From the NCBI GenBank assembly GCA_964440745.1, contig CAYTXF010000004.1, forward strand, positions 1 to 52,454: 52,454 nt of DNA, given 5' to 3'. Source of the stretch: an uncultured Bacteroides sp. (GTDB lineage: Bacteria > Bacteroidota > Bacteroidia > Bacteroidales > Muribaculaceae). Below are positions 1 to 9,047 of this stretch, piece by piece. The notes under the pieces are model-generated. The model did not search any database and was not told the DNA's origin. It saw nothing but the letters and a program-made list of their open reading frames with translations. Position 1 is the stretch's first letter. The number at the start of each line of letters is the position of its first letter. Made by a program: the position numbers and the translations under genes.

Positions 1-48
1 TTCGGTCTTTAACATTTCGAAAGCAATGTTTTCAATTTTTATGAAACA

Positions 49-264
49 CTAGTGGTCATCAACAATAATATCAAAGCAATTCCAGTTGCGGTTCTGATAG
101 ACATCTTTATATCCCATAGTCACATGCAACGTCTTGGCCTTGTCAAAATCCCAGAAATTTAGGGCGGCAAGGTTTGGAGGAGTGGTGGGATGGGCATATA
201 CGTGTTCAAGATTGAAACAATCGAAGAATGCTCCAGTATTTACCGAGGTAAGAGAAATACATTC
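49..264 (-). pseudogene. Remnant of a BspA/LRR_5-type leucine-rich-repeat protein (last repeat plus C-terminal cap)
   Basis: Manual translation of the stop-to-stop frame gives ECISLTSVNTGAFFDCFNLEHVYAHPTTPPNLAALNFWDFDKAKTLHVTMGYKDVYQNRNWNCFDIIVDDH*. It resembles the CxSLTSI / AFxxCxxL repeats and the TPP...LxVP.G...Y...W..F..I cap of BspA-like proteins. An in-frame TGA lies immediately upstream (265-267) and there is no usable start; SEISVPSTITS lies in another frame just upstream. Confidence 0.6.
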
Positions 265-350
265 TCAGATGTAATAGTGGAGGGCACTGAAATTTCAGAT
301 GAGTGCGGAGCGAGAGAGTAAACATAACTTATTCATTGCGATTATATACG

Positions 351-390
351 AATCCAGGGTGCTGTAAGCAGCGCCCTGGATTTACTTTTT
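351..390 (+). terminator. Intrinsic terminator-like hairpin
   Basis: AATCCAGGGTGCTG-TAAG-CAGCGCCCTGGATT (14-bp stem with one wobble) followed by TACTTTTT. Confidence 0.55.
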
Positions 391-396
391 CAACAC

Positions 397-584
397 GATA
401 GGGGAGCGGCTCCATGAGCCGCGGGTAGGAGAGCGGCTCCATGAGCCGCGGTAGGGGAGCGGCTACGTGAGCCGCGGCTTTATCGGGGCTCGCGGAGCCC
501 CTCTCCTATCGGGGCTCACGGAGCCCCTCTCCTATCGGGGCTCGCGGAGCCCCTCTCCTATCGGGGGTTGAAACCCCCGACTAC
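397..584. repeat. Cluster of REP-like palindromic repeats (3 forward, 3 inverted, 1 different hairpin)
   Basis: About 26-bp units (G/A)TAGG(G/A)GAGCGGCTnnnTGAGCCGCGG x3, then ATCGGGGCTCnCGGAGCCCCTCTCCT x3 (related sequence, reverse orientation), then TCGGGGGTTGAAACCCCCGACTAC. Confidence 0.85.
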
Positions 585-615
585 CCGATACTGGCGGCAG
601 GCATATATGTAATTA

Positions 616-765
616 TTCGTGAATTTTCGTCAATTCGTAAATTTTCGTCAATTCGTAAATTTTCGTTTCTCTCGTCTTTCGTTTCTCTCGTCATTCGTTT
701 CTCTCGTCTCGATCCGCGTTAATCTGCGAAATCTGCGGACGAGAGAATATATGCGAAATCTGCGG
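616..765. repeat. Short tandem repeat tract (18-, 16- and about 9-bp periods)
   Basis: AATTTTCGTCAATTCGTA x2.5 (622-666), TTCGTTTCTCTCGTCw x3 (662-708), ATCyGCG x4 (712-764). Confidence 0.85.
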
Positions 766-791
766 TCGGGAGGAGCCGTCGGCGGAGGGGG

Positions 792-3506
792 TTACTCGAA
801 GAGGACCTTGGTGGCTTTGGAGCCGGAGATCATGATGTAGATGTGGCCGGGCTGGGGATTGAGGATCTCAAGGCCCTGGAGATTGTAATAGCGAGGAGCC
901 GCGCTATTGTCGACGTTGATGTCGGTGACTCCGCCGACCTTGTCATTGACCAGCACCACATAGCTGCTGCCCTCGAGAGTTACCGTGCCGGCCGAGGCAT
1001 CAAAGCTGTAATTGACATCATAGCTTTGCGATGCTGCGCGATAGGCTGCATTATCTGCTTGCTTGAATGTCACGCCCGAGAACGTGGCTTGGGAGAGATT
1101 CGGATTGATCACGCATACCAGCTCCTTGTCATCGGTGGATAGATAGATGAAGCGACCATTGTTCCAGTTGCTGACGGCGCATTGCATCGTGACATTGGCA
1201 CCCTCGGCAAACAAGTCAGGGTTCGACTTGCGAATATCGATCAGCTCCTTGTAATTCTCATACAGACCGTGGCGATCAGGCACGTCGAAGTAGCTCCAGA
1301 GCACAGGCTTAGGATCCGTGTTGTTCTCCCAAGTGGAGAGATTCTTAGTGTTAGTGTCATTGCCCAGTTCACCAAACTGCCAAATCATGTGAGCACCGGG
1401 AGCCAGCAGCATCTGAGCTGCCACGCCGCCACAGCGACGCATGGCTGCTGCCAAGTTGTCCTTCACACCGGCCACGCCCCAAGTGATCTGCTTGAAAGCA
1501 ACGCGCTGCTCGTCATGGCTTTCAGCATAGCTCACGGTCGAGCCCCATGTGCGGCTGTCGAGAGGCGCATAGAAGCGGTTGCAATTGCTGTCCTCGGGAT
1601 ACCCCATGGCGAATTGGCAGGACGCATCATTGATATTGGCCCAGTTGATCTGGCCATTTTCAGCCATGGCATTCTCCTCGGAAGCCGTAGCCAAGTCCTC
1701 GTTGATCGAATAGCCGTTGGGATTGACGCTGTGGATCACCTCGGTGAGTTGCTTCATGCGCTCGATGCGCGATGCATTGTACCTGTTGGTGTTCGACTCC
1801 GAGGCATTGCCGCCGTAGCTGTCATTGTCGCCAAGGCCCTTTACCAGGTCAAAGCGGAAACCGTCGATCTTGTATGCTGTCATCCAGTAGCGGATCATGT
1901 CGTGCCATTGCTGCTGCACTAAGAGATTGTCCTGCTTCCAGTCGTTGAGCACGCTGTAGGCGTGAGGCGCGCGTTCGTTGTAGAAAGGATTGGCATTGGT
2001 TGGATACATCACATACCAGGGATGCAGCCCATCGCTCTGGTTGAACACCACATCAAGAATCACGGCTATGCCGCGGCTGTGGCATTCGTCGATGAAAGCG
2101 CGATAATCCTCAGGCGAGCCATAGGCCTTGTCAGGAGCGAAATAGAAGTTGGTATTGTAGCCCCATGAGTTGTTGCCGTTGAATTCAGTGATGGGCATCA
2201 GCTCAATGGCATTGATGCCAAGATCCTGCAGGTAATCGAGTTTCTCCATGGCTTTTGCCAAGGTGCCATTGCCCAGGGCTTCCCCCTCGGTGCCGGTGAA
2301 GTCGCGAATCAGCATTTCATAGATGATGAGTTGACTTTGGTCGACGCCAGTGAAGCTCTCCACGCGCCAAGGATACTGGTCGCGAGTACCCTTGTACACG
2401 GCAATCATGGCATTGTTGTCGACATATTCATACGGGTAGGGCATCACATCGGGGTAGGTGCCATCATCGAGCCACTTGTCGCTGTATGGGTCGAGCACCA
2501 GACGTGCATAGGGATCGCCCACGGCAATGCTCTCATCGATAAGATAATAATAGCCATATTCCGTGTTGGGATCCAGGCCGCTGACAGTGATCCAGAAATA
2601 TCGCACATCGTTGATGTCGGTATAGTTCATCACATTCTTGCTCATGGCTGAGTAGTTGTCCCACGATGGCATGATCATCGCATTGGTCTTGCCCGGAGCT
2701 GCGATGCAGAAGGTGACATCGCCATTCGACTCCTGGGTTGCTCCCATTGCGGGAGTGCCGCCCGGATAAGCCACCAAGGCCGAGTTGCCCGGATAGCACA
2801 CATGGAGCGTCTTCTCGGCGCTGTCGCTGCCGCTGGTGGCCTTGGCAATCACGTCGTAGCTGTCACCCTCGCTAAATGTATATGCGCTCACCAGAGATGT
2901 GGCATCCGACACTGTGGCAATTGGCGTGGTGTCAGTAGAGCCAAGATAAATGCTGATGGTGCTGGGCACAGTTGTGGAGGCAGTAAAGGTCACGTCGCAG
3001 TTGGTGCTGTTAAGCACTAAAGGCGCGTTGGAAGTAAAATCGAGTTGGAATCCGGCAGGGTACACATCCAGGAAGATGTCGCCGCCGCTGCTGGTCTTGC
3101 CCTGAAGCGAGCCAGAGGCGTTGCGGAACACGAAAGCCAGTTTTTCCACTGTCTCGTCTTCGTTGGTTATACCATAATATGTGCGGATATCTCCGATATT
3201 CAGCTGATAAGTGTTGGGAGCCACATACTCCATCAGGTACTTGTCGCTATTGTCGAGCCAGGTAGGAGCATATTTCCAATCAGAACCGCTGCTGCTGAGA
3301 TTGGTGATTACGCCTGTATGGGCATACACCGGGATGGAGGCGTCGAGCCCCATCAGAGCCTGGTTGCCAAGGTCGGCATGGTAGGTGATCACTACGTTTT
3401 CGCTGTTTTCCTGTAAGGGCGAAGGGGAGGAAGTCACAATTTGTTGGGCAGCCGCTGGCAGAATGATGCCCATGGCAGCCATAAGAGTCAAGTAAAGCTG
3501 TTTCAT
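792..3506 (-). CDS. Secreted GH13 alpha-amylase/pullulanase-type alpha-glucanase with T9SS-like C-terminal tail
   Basis: Signal peptide; GH13 motifs IYEMLIRDF, IELMP, WGYN, ILDVVFN, DGFRFDLVKG, ESHD; C-terminal GVTDINVD...RYYNLQG...KV tail. Confidence 0.9.
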   Translation of the reverse strand: MKQLYLTLMAAMGIILPAAAQQIVTSSPSPLQENSENVVITYHADLGNQALMGLDASIPVYAHTGVITNLSSSGSDWKYAPTWLDNSDKYLMEYVAPNTYQLNIGDIRTYYGITNEDETVEKLAFVFRNASGSLQGKTSSGGDIFLDVYPAGFQLDFTSNAPLVLNSTNCDVTFTASTTVPSTISIYLGSTDTTPIATVSDATSLVSAYTFSEGDSYDVIAKATSGSDSAEKTLHVCYPGNSALVAYPGGTPAMGATQESNGDVTFCIAAPGKTNAMIMPSWDNYSAMSKNVMNYTDINDVRYFWITVSGLDPNTEYGYYYLIDESIAVGDPYARLVLDPYSDKWLDDGTYPDVMPYPYEYVDNNAMIAVYKGTRDQYPWRVESFTGVDQSQLIIYEMLIRDFTGTEGEALGNGTLAKAMEKLDYLQDLGINAIELMPITEFNGNNSWGYNTNFYFAPDKAYGSPEDYRAFIDECHSRGIAVILDVVFNQSDGLHPWYVMYPTNANPFYNERAPHAYSVLNDWKQDNLLVQQQWHDMIRYWMTAYKIDGFRFDLVKGLGDNDSYGGNASESNTNRYNASRIERMKQLTEVIHSVNPNGYSINEDLATASEENAMAENGQINWANINDASCQFAMGYPEDSNCNRFYAPLDSRTWGSTVSYAESHDEQRVAFKQITWGVAGVKDNLAAAMRRCGGVAAQMLLAPGAHMIWQFGELGNDTNTKNLSTWENNTDPKPVLWSYFDVPDRHGLYENYKELIDIRKSNPDLFAEGANVTMQCAVSNWNNGRFIYLSTDDKELVCVINPNLSQATFSGVTFKQADNAAYRAASQSYDVNYSFDASAGTVTLEGSSYVVLVNDKVGGVTDINVDNSAAPRYYNLQGLEILNPQPGHIYIMISGSKATKVLFE

Positions 3507-3538
3507 GTTATTGTATTTGGTCTAACAAATATAACTCC

Positions 3539-3570
3539 CAAAGTTACGAAAAAGTTTCTAAGCCACCAAA
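3539..3570 (-). promoter_or_regulatory. Bacteroidetes sigma-A promoter for the GH13 gene
   Basis: Minus strand TTTG (3567-3570), 20 nt spacer, TAACTTTG (3539-3546), matching the -33/-7 consensus. Confidence 0.7.
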
Positions 3571-3640
3571 TTTGCGTCGACTCCCGACTTAAAATCAGAA
3601 AAAAACGGACACTTAAAACCGAAAACTGAAAACAATTTCG

Positions 3641-3648
3641 TAACTTTG
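3641..3648 (+). promoter_or_regulatory. -7 promoter element for the parE operon
   Basis: TAACTTTG 24 nt upstream of ATG 3673. Confidence 0.65.
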
Positions 3649-3672
3649 CATACAAGAAGATTGACAAGAAAG

Positions 3673-5598
3673 ATGGCTGAAGAAATAGACCCTATGTTTG
3701 ATGACCGACTCCCCGACGAGCCGAATTACGATGAAAGCGACATACGCACCCTGGATTGGCGCACCCACATACGGCAGCGCCCCGGCATGTACATAGGCAG
3801 CTTGGGCGACGGCTCGAAAAGCGACGACGGCATATACGTGCTCCTGAAAGAAGTGCTCGACAACTCAATCGACGAGTTCGCCATGGGCTTTGGCAAGCAG
3901 ATCACGGTGGAAATTACCGAGGAGGGCACCGTCACAGTGCGCGATTACGGTCGCGGCATCCCTCTGGGCAGCGTGGTGAAGGCTGTGTCGACCATGAACA
4001 CCAGCGGCAAATTCGACTCCAAGGCTTTCAAGAAATCAGTGGGCCTCAATGGCGTGGGCATCAAGGCTGTCAACGCGCTGAGCAGCAATTTCGAGATCAA
4101 GTCAATCAGGGATGGCCAGATGAAGACAGCTCTCTTCAGCGAGGCCGTGCTTGTAAGCGAGGGCGAGATAGAGGATACCGACGAGCCCAACGGCACCATG
4201 GTGAGATTCACCCCCGATGCAAACATTTTCCGCGATTTCAAATACAATGATGACTATGTGGTCGAGATGATGAAGAATTACAGCTTCCTCAATTCCGGCC
4301 TGGTCATGATGTACAATGGCAAGAAATTCATGTCGCGCCAGGGCCTCCTCGACCTCCTTAAGGAGAACATGGACAAGACACCCCTCTATCCCATAATCCA
4401 TCTCAAGGGCGAAGACATAGAGATAGCCATAACCCATGTGCGCCAGTACGGCGAGGAATTTTATTCCTTTGTCAATGGCCAGCACACCACCCAGGGAGGC
4501 ACCCATCTGGTAGAATTCAAAAAGTCGGTGGCACAGACCATCAAGGACTATTTTGGCAAGAACTTCGAATTCTCCGACATCCGCGCCGGCATGGTGGCAG
4601 CCATCGCCATCAAGGTGCAGGACCCAGTGTTCGAATCACAGACAAAGACCAAACTCGGCAGCCGCGACATGAACCATGAGGGCCTGACTGTGGCCAAATT
4701 CATTGGCGACTTCGTAAAGAAGGAACTTGACAACTACCTCCACCGCAATCTCGATGTGGCTGAGATCATCCTAAAGCAGGTGCAAGAAAGCGAGCGAGTG
4801 CGCAAAGAAATGGCTGGCATCGCCAAGGCCACCCGAGAAAAGAATAAGAAGATAAGTCTGCATAATAAGAAACTCCTCGACTGCACGGTGCATCTCAACG
4901 ACACTCGCGGCAAGGAAGACATGCGCGAGGCCTCGTCGATCTTCATCACCGAGGGCGACTCAGCAGCCGGCTCCATCACCAAGATACGCGATGTGCGCAC
5001 CCAGGCTGTGTTCTCCCTGCGAGGCAAACCCCTCAATGCTTACGGCCTTACCCAGAAGGAACTTGTGCTCAACGAGGAATTCAACCTGCTGCAGGCAGCC
5101 TTGAATCTGCAGGACGGCATCGAAGGCCTTCGCTACAATAAGGTGATCATCGCCACTGATGCCGATGTCGATGGCATGCACATACGCCTGCTGCTGATAA
5201 CATTCTTCCTGCAATTCTTCCCGGATCTGATCAAGATGGGCCATGTCTATGTGCTGCAGACGCCGCTCTTCCGCGTGCGCTCGAAGAAGGCCCAAAGCCG
5301 CCGTAAGAAGGACACGGATGAGGTGTTCTACTGCTACAACGATGCCGAACGCATAGCCGCCATCAACCACTTTGGCGAGAGCGATGCCGAAATCACCCGA
5401 TTCAAGGGCTTGGGAGAAATCTCGCCTGATGAGTTCCGTGGCTTCATCGGCCCCGACATCCGACTCGACAAGGTCACTCTGCGCAAGGATGATCATGTAA
5501 GCGCCCTGCTTGAATTCTATATGGGCAAAAACACGATGGAGCGCCAGAATTTCATCATCAACAACCTTGTGATAGAAGATGACAGCCAAATCTCCTAA
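3673..5598 (+). CDS. parE: DNA topoisomerase IV subunit B
   Basis: [29 protein letters not shown] (GHKL ATPase); ITEGDSA, LRGK, DADVDG (TOPRIM); RFKGLGE. Bacteroidetes ParE-like length and context. ATG 3673 is preferred over the track's TTG 3646, which overlaps the -7 element. Confidence 0.9.
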   Translation: MAEEIDPMFDDRLPDEPNYDESDIRTLDWRTHIRQRPGMYIGSLGDGSKSDDGIYVLLKEVLDNSIDEFAMGFGKQITVEITEEGTVTVRDYGRGIPLGSVVKAVSTMNTSGKFDSKAFKKSVGLNGVGIKAVNALSSNFEIKSIRDGQMKTALFSEAVLVSEGEIEDTDEPNGTMVRFTPDANIFRDFKYNDDYVVEMMKNYSFLNSGLVMMYNGKKFMSRQGLLDLLKENMDKTPLYPIIHLKGEDIEIAITHVRQYGEEFYSFVNGQHTTQGGTHLVEFKKSVAQTIKDYFGKNFEFSDIRAGMVAAIAIKVQDPVFESQTKTKLGSRDMNHEGLTVAKFIGDFVKKELDNYLHRNLDVAEIILKQVQESERVRKEMAGIAKATREKNKKISLHNKKLLDCTVHLNDTRGKEDMREASSIFITEGDSAAGSITKIRDVRTQAVFSLRGKPLNAYGLTQKELVLNEEFNLLQAALNLQDGIEGLRYNKVIIATDADVDGMHIRLLLITFFLQFFPDLIKMGHVYVLQTPLFRVRSKKAQSRRKKDTDEVFYCYNDAERIAAINHFGESDAEITRFKGLGEISPDEFRGFIGPDIRLDKVTLRKDDHVSALLEFYMGKNTMERQNFIINNLVIEDDSQIS

Positions 5599-6079
5599 AG
5601 ATTGTCAGGATTTAGGCATCCAAAGCCAAATTCCTGCTCAGCGCACAGCCATATTTGCCGGCAGTTTCCACCCCTTCACCATTGGGCATGCCGACATAGT
5701 AAGGCGCGGATTGGAGATTTTCGACCGCATCGTGATCTCCATCGGGGTGAACGCTGCCAAGCACACCACTGAGGATGAACTGAAAGCCCTGTGCGGCCCG
5801 CTGGAGAGAATCTATGGGGCGAATCCCAGGGTGGTGGTCACCGCCTGGAGCGGCCTTACTGGCGATTTGGCAAAAAAATTTGATGCCCGCTTTTTACTTC
5901 GGGGCGTGCGCTCAGTCAAAGATTATGAGTATGAGCGAGACATGGCCGATGCCAACCGCTCGGTCTTTGGCCTGGAGACAGTAATCCTGTTTGCTGATCC
6001 GGAGTTGGCCTACGTCTCCTCGTCGCTTGTGCGCGAGCTTCAGGCTTATGGTCAGGATGTTTCTCGTTTCCTGCCTTAA
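5579..6079 (+). CDS. coaD: Pantetheine-phosphate adenylyltransferase
   Basis: [12 protein letters not shown] (HxGH-like), [20 protein letters not shown]; overlaps the end of parE. Confidence 0.92.
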   Translation: MTAKSPKDCQDLGIQSQIPAQRTAIFAGSFHPFTIGHADIVRRGLEIFDRIVISIGVNAAKHTTEDELKALCGPLERIYGANPRVVVTAWSGLTGDLAKKFDARFLLRGVRSVKDYEYERDMADANRSVFGLETVILFADPELAYVSSSLVRELQAYGQDVSRFLP

Positions 6080-6160
6080 CAATTTGCCGCGCAAAGACGT
6101 TATAAGTAAGATAGGGCGGTGTCTAACCTCCATTGTTTTATACTTTTTTACGTTTCCGCT

Positions 6161-7723
6161 ATGAGAACCAAGCTAATAGCTCTCTTCATATTGATGATTG
6201 GCACAGTGTGCCAAGGCTTGGCCCAGGAGGAGAATTTCCCTCCAGGCCGCAAGCTTACCTATGCAGAGTACATAATAGAGAATTTCTATGTCGAGGATGT
6301 GGATGCAGACTCGATAGTGACCGAGGGCATTGTGGCTATGCTCAAGACCCTCGATCCCCACTCGTCGTACTCCACCCCGCAAGAAACCAAGGACCTCAAC
6401 GAACCGCTCGAAGGCAAATTCTCCGGCATAGGCGTGCAATTCAATATGAGCACTGACACTGTGTATGTGATCCAGACCGTGTCGGGAGGACCCAGCGAAA
6501 AGGTGGGCATTCGCCCCGGCGATCGCATCGTGGCTGCCAATGACACCATAATCGCAGGCAAGAAACTGCCCAACAGCCAGATCCTGAAGACTCTGCGCGG
6601 ACCCAAGGGCTCGCAGGTGAAGCTTACGATAAAGCGCAACGAAGAGATGATCGACTTCATCGTCACTCGCGACGACATACCTATCAACAGTGTCGACGGC
6701 GCCTATATGGTGACCCCTGAGATTGGCTATATCAGCCTGTCGCGCTTCGCCGAGGACTCAGGCCAGGAGGTGGCCGATGCCATAAAGAAGCTCCAGAAGA
6801 AGGGCATGCAGAAACTCATCCTTGACCTTGAAAACAATGGAGGAGGCTATCTTAAGGCTGCCTACGACATAGCCTCGCTATTCCTTGAGCCGGGCGACCT
6901 GATAGTGTACACCCAGGGCAAGAATTCCGAGCCCGTGTATTATCGCATGGAAGAGAGCAAGCCCCTCTTCGACGGACCGCTTGCCGTAATGGTCGACCAG
7001 TATTCGGCATCAGCCTCGGAAATCGTGTCGGGCGCCCTCCAGGACAACGACCGCGCCACCATCGTGGGTCGTCGCACTTTCGGCAAGGGCTTGGTGCAGA
7101 GGCCTTTCCCATTCCCCGACGGCTCGATGATACGTCTCACCGTGGCCCGCTATTACACCCCTACGGGGCGCTCCATCCAAAAGCCTTATGAAAAGGGCAA
7201 GGGCGAGGAATACCAGCTCGACATGCTCAATCGCTACACCAGTGGAGAACTCTGGAGCCGCGACAGCATACACTTCGACGACCATCAGATCTTCAAGACT
7301 CTGAAGAAGGGGCGCACAGTGTACGGCGGTGGCGGCATCATGCCTGATGAGTTCGTGCCGGTCGACACCTCGTACTATTCCCAGTACTACCGCGATCTTA
7401 TGGCCAAGGCCATTATTCCGCAATACACTCTCAATTACATCGACCATCACCGCAGCGACTTGAAGGCCCAATATCCCAATGAGGATACTTTCATTGTGGA
7501 ATTCCAGGTGCCTGAGCAAATGATGGATGAAATCGTGGCCATGGCTAAGGAGCAAGGCATAGAGCCAAATCCGGAGCAATTGGAGATTTCGCGCCCGGTA
7601 ATCGAAGGCATTATCAAGGGCTATCTTACTCGCGACCTTTACGAGGATGGCATATATGTGAGAGCCACAAATCCGCTTAACCCTGTATTCTTAAAAGCTG
7701 TAGATATTTTAAAAGAAAATTAG
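6161..7723 (+). CDS. S41 family C-terminal processing peptidase (PDZ plus S41)
   Basis: LDPHS, GIGV, DLENNGGG, SASASEI, GRRTFGKG, ARYYTPTG; signal peptide from ATG 6161. Confidence 0.92.
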   Translation: MRTKLIALFILMIGTVCQGLAQEENFPPGRKLTYAEYIIENFYVEDVDADSIVTEGIVAMLKTLDPHSSYSTPQETKDLNEPLEGKFSGIGVQFNMSTDTVYVIQTVSGGPSEKVGIRPGDRIVAANDTIIAGKKLPNSQILKTLRGPKGSQVKLTIKRNEEMIDFIVTRDDIPINSVDGAYMVTPEIGYISLSRFAEDSGQEVADAIKKLQKKGMQKLILDLENNGGGYLKAAYDIASLFLEPGDLIVYTQGKNSEPVYYRMEESKPLFDGPLAVMVDQYSASASEIVSGALQDNDRATIVGRRTFGKGLVQRPFPFPDGSMIRLTVARYYTPTGRSIQKPYEKGKGEEYQLDMLNRYTSGELWSRDSIHFDDHQIFKTLKKGRTVYGGGGIMPDEFVPVDTSYYSQYYRDLMAKAIIPQYTLNYIDHHRSDLKAQYPNEDTFIVEFQVPEQMMDEIVAMAKEQGIEPNPEQLEISRPVIEGIIKGYLTRDLYEDGIYVRATNPLNPVFLKAVDILKEN

Positions 7724-7724
7724 T

Positions 7725-8108
7725 ATGAAAAAATTATTGATGATGGCTATATTGGCGATTGGCCTGATGGCTAATGCCCAGACAGCGACTGAGGCGCTGG
7801 ATCAGTTTGTCCAGAAGCAGAATGAGGCCTGTCCCTTCGAACTTTCCAAGGGTGTGACCCAGAAGAGCGTGACCGCTCAGGACGGCCAGTTGGTGATTCT
7901 GCTTGAGGTTGACAACAGCGTGATACCTTTCGAATCCCTCAAGGAGCGCCAGACTCTGCTCCACGATGCCAAGGTGGCAGAGCTCGCCACTGACAGCACT
8001 CAGGACAGCATGCGCAAGCTCTGCGAGGACGACGGCGTGACCATCGTGTACAATTTCACTGATGGCACTGATTCGTTCACCATCACCATCCTCCCAAGCG
8101 ATTTATAA
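7725..8108 (+). CDS. Hypothetical secreted protein
   Basis: MKKLL... Sec signal peptide ending ANA; starts 1 nt after the S41 stop. Confidence 0.75.
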   Translation: MKKLLMMAILAIGLMANAQTATEALDQFVQKQNEACPFELSKGVTQKSVTAQDGQLVILLEVDNSVIPFESLKERQTLLHDAKVAELATDSTQDSMRKLCEDDGVTIVYNFTDGTDSFTITILPSDL

Positions 8109-9045
8109 GCAGCTTGAGACGAGTGCGCAAACTAATAGAAACCTTTAATGATCGGCCAAGCTCGCGAGCTTGGCTGATTTTGTTTTTGTCGCGGCTTTGC
8201 AGAGCCAGAGCCATAATGTAGTGCCAAGCGCGAGAATAATATTCTTCCATTGACTGATCCGCGACTTGGTATTTCTGCTGTAAGGCGCGCGTTAGTTCTA
8301 ATGCATTGAGGTAGAAGCGATAAGCCTTCGCCGCATTCTCGGACGATGAAATCGAGGGCTTAGCCACGCTGTAATGCAGCGTGACATCGGGGATATAGGC
8401 GAAATCGCCCTCGCGCGACAGGGCCACAATCAATTGCAAGTCTTCGCTGAGCCATCTCCGGCCTGAGAAAAACTCGGGATTGTCGCAGCGGTCAAAGGCA
8501 TCCCTGCGAAACATCATGGTGCATGAATGCACCAGCAGGTTAGGGCTGCGCGTAAGCATGGGGATGAAATAATCCATGCCCGGAAGCATTGGCTTTCTCC
8601 ACCGCTGGCGCAGATTGTCAGGGTCAGAATCCTCGAGAGCGCCGGAGTCTTCATGGAGATAGGCCCAATCGGTGTGCACGAGCACGGCATTGGGGTTGGC
8701 ATCGAGGAGGTCCTTTTCCTTTTGCAGTTTTAGTGGGTCGCACCACACATCGTCGCCTCCGCAGTCGGCAATGTACATGCCTCGGGTTCTTCGCACGGTG
8801 TCGAAATAGTTGTCGACCACTCCCTTGTTGGCCTGATTCTGCGCATAACGGATGACATCAGGATAACGCTCGGCATAGGCCTGGCAAATGGCGGGTGTAG
8901 AGTCGCTCGAGCAATCGTCGGAGAGCACAATCTCGAAGGAGAAATCGCATCGCTGCGCTAAGATGGCGTCGAGAGTGCGCGCCACATACTTCTCTTGGTT
9001 GTATGTGATCACGATCACTGACACTATGGGGCGCCCTTGGGTCAT
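8083..9045 (-). CDS. Glycosyltransferase family 2
   Basis: VSVIVITYNQE, DDCSSD, GDD, ED motif. Confidence 0.9.
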   Translation of the reverse strand: MTQGRPIVSVIVITYNQEKYVARTLDAILAQRCDFSFEIVLSDDCSSDSTPAICQAYAERYPDVIRYAQNQANKGVVDNYFDTVRRTRGMYIADCGGDDVWCDPLKLQKEKDLLDANPNAVLVHTDWAYLHEDSGALEDSDPDNLRQRWRKPMLPGMDYFIPMLTRSPNLLVHSCTMMFRRDAFDRCDNPEFFSGRRWLSEDLQLIVALSREGDFAYIPDVTLHYSVAKPSISSSENAAKAYRFYLNALELTRALQQKYQVADQSMEEYYSRAWHYIMALALQSRDKNKISQARELGRSLKVSISLRTRLKLLINRLGGW

Positions 9046-9047
9046 CG

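Noticed and set aside
49-264. Diversity-generating retroelement template repeat
   Set aside because: No reverse transcriptase and no matching variable repeat in the window.
397-584. Possible CRISPR array
   Set aside because: Units abut without unique spacers, switch orientation midway, and no cas genes are present.
619-840. 73-aa ORF MNFRQFVNFRQFVNFR...
   Set aside because: It is a translation of the tandem repeat tract and overlaps the GH13 stop on the opposite strand.
3673-5598. parE without adjacent parC
   Set aside because: Unlinked parE and parC, and parE-coaD-S41 order, are ordinary in Bacteroidales.
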